DNA of 64,000 nucleotides from an uncultured Campylobacter sp. (GTDB lineage Bacteria; Campylobacterota; Campylobacteria; Campylobacterales; Campylobacteraceae): NCBI GenBank assembly GCA_963515585.1, contig CAUPXM010000004.1, positions 7,259 to 71,258 of the forward strand, read 5' to 3'. Shown piece by piece: positions 61,732 to 64,000 of this stretch (position 1 is its first letter; each line of letters starts with the position of its first letter). The notes under the pieces were generated by a model. It saw only the letters and a program-made list of their open reading frames with translations, ran no database searches and was not told where the DNA came from. The position numbers and the translations under genes were made by a program.

Positions 61732-63848
61732 TTAGCGTTTACCTTGAACCAAAACCTTCTGCCCTCCTCGGGATACCAATAGTAATTGCCGTCGTCTGCG
61801 AGACCCTCGTCGTATCGGACGTTATCAAAGATATTGTAAGCGGTTAAATTTAGGCTCAGATTATCGTTTAAATCGTATTGTGCGCCCAAATCCGTAGTAA
61901 AAAGCTTTTTGTCGTTTTTGCTAACCCTATTGCCCGGACCGAATTGCACGCTTGTAAGCTCGCTTTCGTAATTAAGACCGATAAAGGTAGAAAGCGGAGC
62001 GATAGGCCTATAGCTAAGCGTCGCATGTGCGGCATGCTTCGGGGTAGCGGTCAGGGATTTGCCATCCAGCCTACTAAGATTGGTTTGGCTAAATTTAACG
62101 GCGCCGTTTGGCGTATAGATCGTAGGATCCCCGGTTTCGATCTCGGAGTGGCTATAGGTGTAGTTTGCCTTGAAATTTAGCTTTTTAGTAATATCGTAAT
62201 CGCCGCTCAGCTCAACGCCGTAAACCTCGGCTCCTTCTATATTAAAATACGTTCCCCAACCCGGGCAATTAACGCTCGGTGCGCCGGCGCAGCCTCCGTA
62301 AGCGGGAATCCTATTGATATTGCTGCCATCGGTATCTAAAATTTTATCTTTGAAGTCGTTTTTAAATAGCGTGATATTGCCGCGCAGATCGTCTGCATTA
62401 TCGTAATAAAGCCCGATCTCGTAGGTCGTGCTTTTCTCGGGCTTTAAATCCTTGTTACCGAAATCTATAATCCTCCAGCCGCCCTGAATCGTGCCTACTT
62501 CCGGCGAAATTTGATTGACGTTGGGAGTTTTATAACCGGTTGCGACGCCGCCTTTGATCGTCCAAGTATCGCCCATATTAAACGTCGCGTAGGCTCTAGG
62601 AGAAAAGTGGTTGCCGAAGTATTCGTTGTGCGTGAGCCTGCCACCGAGCGTTAAAAATAGCGTATTTTCCAAAATTTCGATCTCATCCTCTAAAAATCCC
62701 GCATGTTCGTTCATAGAAAATCGCTGCGGAGAACGTAAATTCTGCCTATTCGCGTTTGAAACGATGAAAGTCGTTTGCACATCCTGTTTACTAAAATCGT
62801 AGCCGAAGGTAAGCGTATTTATACCGAGATAAGTCGTAAATTTGGAATTAAAATTTCTATTTTTTACGATTGCGGGCGAAAGGCTATCAAAAATGCTCGT
62901 ACGGCGAGTCTTATCCCAAAAATAACTTATATCGGCACTTAAGCTTTCAAACTCGCCCAAATATCCGACGCCGTGATTTTCTCTTTTATATTTATAGTGA
63001 TTTAATCCGCGCGCGTTGGGATAAACGGCGGTTTTACCAAGAGTTCTTGAATAATCGTGATTTTGCCTTCCGGTTTGAACGTAAAATTTATTATTTTCAT
63101 CCGGCGTTAGCCAAAGCTTGGCGTTAGAATCCGATTTATCGCTCTTCTGATAGCCTCCCTTATAGCCGTCCTCGTCGCGCAGCTTTTTATATCCCCACAG
63201 CTGAAGCGCCGCATACTGCCCGAAGGGAATATTGACGTAGGCTTCGCCCATCTTGCCGTTTCCGATACCCTCGTGATCTTGGATAGTTGTAGATATAGCA
63301 GCACTTCCGCTAAATTTAGAAAAATTCTTTTTCGTAATGATATTTATCACGCCGCCTACTGCATCGCTCCCGTAAAGCGAGCTCATCGGTCCTCTAATCA
63401 CCTCGATACGCTCTATCGCTCCTGCGGGCGGGATAAAATTCGAGTTCATATCGCCCGCTCCGCCTTTTGGGTTCGCCGCCGCGGAACTTACGCGTTTGCC
63501 ATCGATAAGCACAAGGGTTTGAGAGCTTTCCATTCCTCTGATAGATATCCCGCTTGCCGGGCCGTCGTCGCCTGCGATAACGCTGACGCCAGGCATTTTA
63601 TTCGCGATATCGTGCAGCGAAGTGAAGCTGCCGCTTGATATCTCTTTATTATCCAAGGTGGAGATGGAGGCCGGCGCCTGCCTGATATCTTGGCGAAAGC
63701 CGCTTGCGCTTACTACGATCTCGCCAAGATTCGTGCTATTTGCGTCACTGCTTAGGCGCGAGCCTTCCATGCCGCATAAAATCGAAACGCTCGCGCATAT
63801 CGATAATGCGATAAATTTCGCCTTTTTAAAATACATATCTTTTTGCAT
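61725..63848 (-). CDS. TonB-dependent outer-membrane receptor (siderophore type)
   Basis: Signal peptide, plug domain (GVSVIAGDDGPASGISIRGM), a beta-barrel with many Y/G/N-rich strands, and the terminal aromatic ...FWFKVNAKW. GAGGAA RBS before ATG 63848. Confidence 0.9.
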   Translation of the reverse strand: MQKDMYFKKAKFIALSICASVSILCGMEGSRLSSDANSTNLGEIVVSASGFRQDIRQAPASISTLDNKEISSGSFTSLHDIANKMPGVSVIAGDDGPASGISIRGMESSQTLVLIDGKRVSSAAANPKGGAGDMNSNFIPPAGAIERIEVIRGPMSSLYGSDAVGGVINIITKKNFSKFSGSAAISTTIQDHEGIGNGKMGEAYVNIPFGQYAALQLWGYKKLRDEDGYKGGYQKSDKSDSNAKLWLTPDENNKFYVQTGRQNHDYSRTLGKTAVYPNARGLNHYKYKRENHGVGYLGEFESLSADISYFWDKTRRTSIFDSLSPAIVKNRNFNSKFTTYLGINTLTFGYDFSKQDVQTTFIVSNANRQNLRSPQRFSMNEHAGFLEDEIEILENTLFLTLGGRLTHNEYFGNHFSPRAYATFNMGDTWTIKGGVATGYKTPNVNQISPEVGTIQGGWRIIDFGNKDLKPEKSTTYEIGLYYDNADDLRGNITLFKNDFKDKILDTDGSNINRIPAYGGCAGAPSVNCPGWGTYFNIEGAEVYGVELSGDYDITKKLNFKANYTYSHSEIETGDPTIYTPNGAVKFSQTNLSRLDGKSLTATPKHAAHATLSYRPIAPLSTFIGLNYESELTSVQFGPGNRVSKNDKKLFTTDLGAQYDLNDNLSLNLTAYNIFDNVRYDEGLADDGNYYWYPEEGRRFWFKVNAKW

Positions 63849-63903
63849 TTTTGTTCCTCTATTTTGAAATTTAATCGCGGATTATAACTCAAGGCGGATA
63901 AAT

Positions 63904-63920
63904 TTAATATTAATTATTAA
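63904..63920. promoter_or_regulatory. candidate Fur-type operator upstream of the receptor gene
   Basis: A+T-rich dyad TTAATA-TTAAT-TATTAA, 56 nt upstream of the receptor start codon. The assignment rests only on dyad symmetry and the iron-uptake context. Confidence 0.3.
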
Positions 63921-64000
63921 AGTATTTTTATAGAATTAAATTTGACTAATAATTCCCCATTCCATCGATATTTTTATAAAAATTATTTTAAATAAAGTAC

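Overview
The window reads as chromosomal DNA from a Campylobacter-like epsilonproteobacterium. This is inferred from the complete pgl N-glycosylation locus, the lysC-hobA-holB-folP block, the rnr-holA-rpsF-ssb-rpsR block and a LigE-type periplasmic ligase. Most of it is tightly packed core genes: gapA-pgk-tpiA, fabI, a PolB-like exonuclease plus LigE, a 14-gene pgl locus (galE to pglF), hisHA, prmA-ftsH, pssA, leuA, atpE, tRNA-Leu(GAG), queA-tatCB, hemW, rppH, lrgAB, and a TonB-dependent receptor plus esterase pair.

Four things stand out.

1. An A+T-rich island of about 4.7 kb starts directly after tRNA-Leu (about 33894-38650). It has no integrase. It carries three tandem modules, each a membrane-protein gene whose stop overlaps the start of a partner ORF (ATGA). 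The modules are separated by a duplicated 220-240 bp leader. Only the last module has a full partner, a small RTX-repeat protein. The earlier modules keep only 5' stubs of that gene.

2. At least seven otherwise conserved genes carry in-frame, low-complexity Asn/Ser/Gln/Ala insertions (QNS/ENS/KNS). These are built from the same roughly 10-12 bp GC-word plus RAATTY DNA unit that fills the intergenic regions. One of them gives PglB an N-terminal extension of about 207 aa.

3. RAATTY hexamers, mostly AAATTT, are massively over-represented.

4. The pgl locus differs from the C. jejuni layout. It has a Wzx-type flippase, an F420-dehydrogenase-beta-like Fe-S protein and a pyruvyl transferase.

Several stretches of 0.5-0.8 kb have no credible gene. 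No rRNA, CRISPR array, transposase or integrase was seen. All calls rest on reading the sequence and the supplied ORF translations, with no database search.
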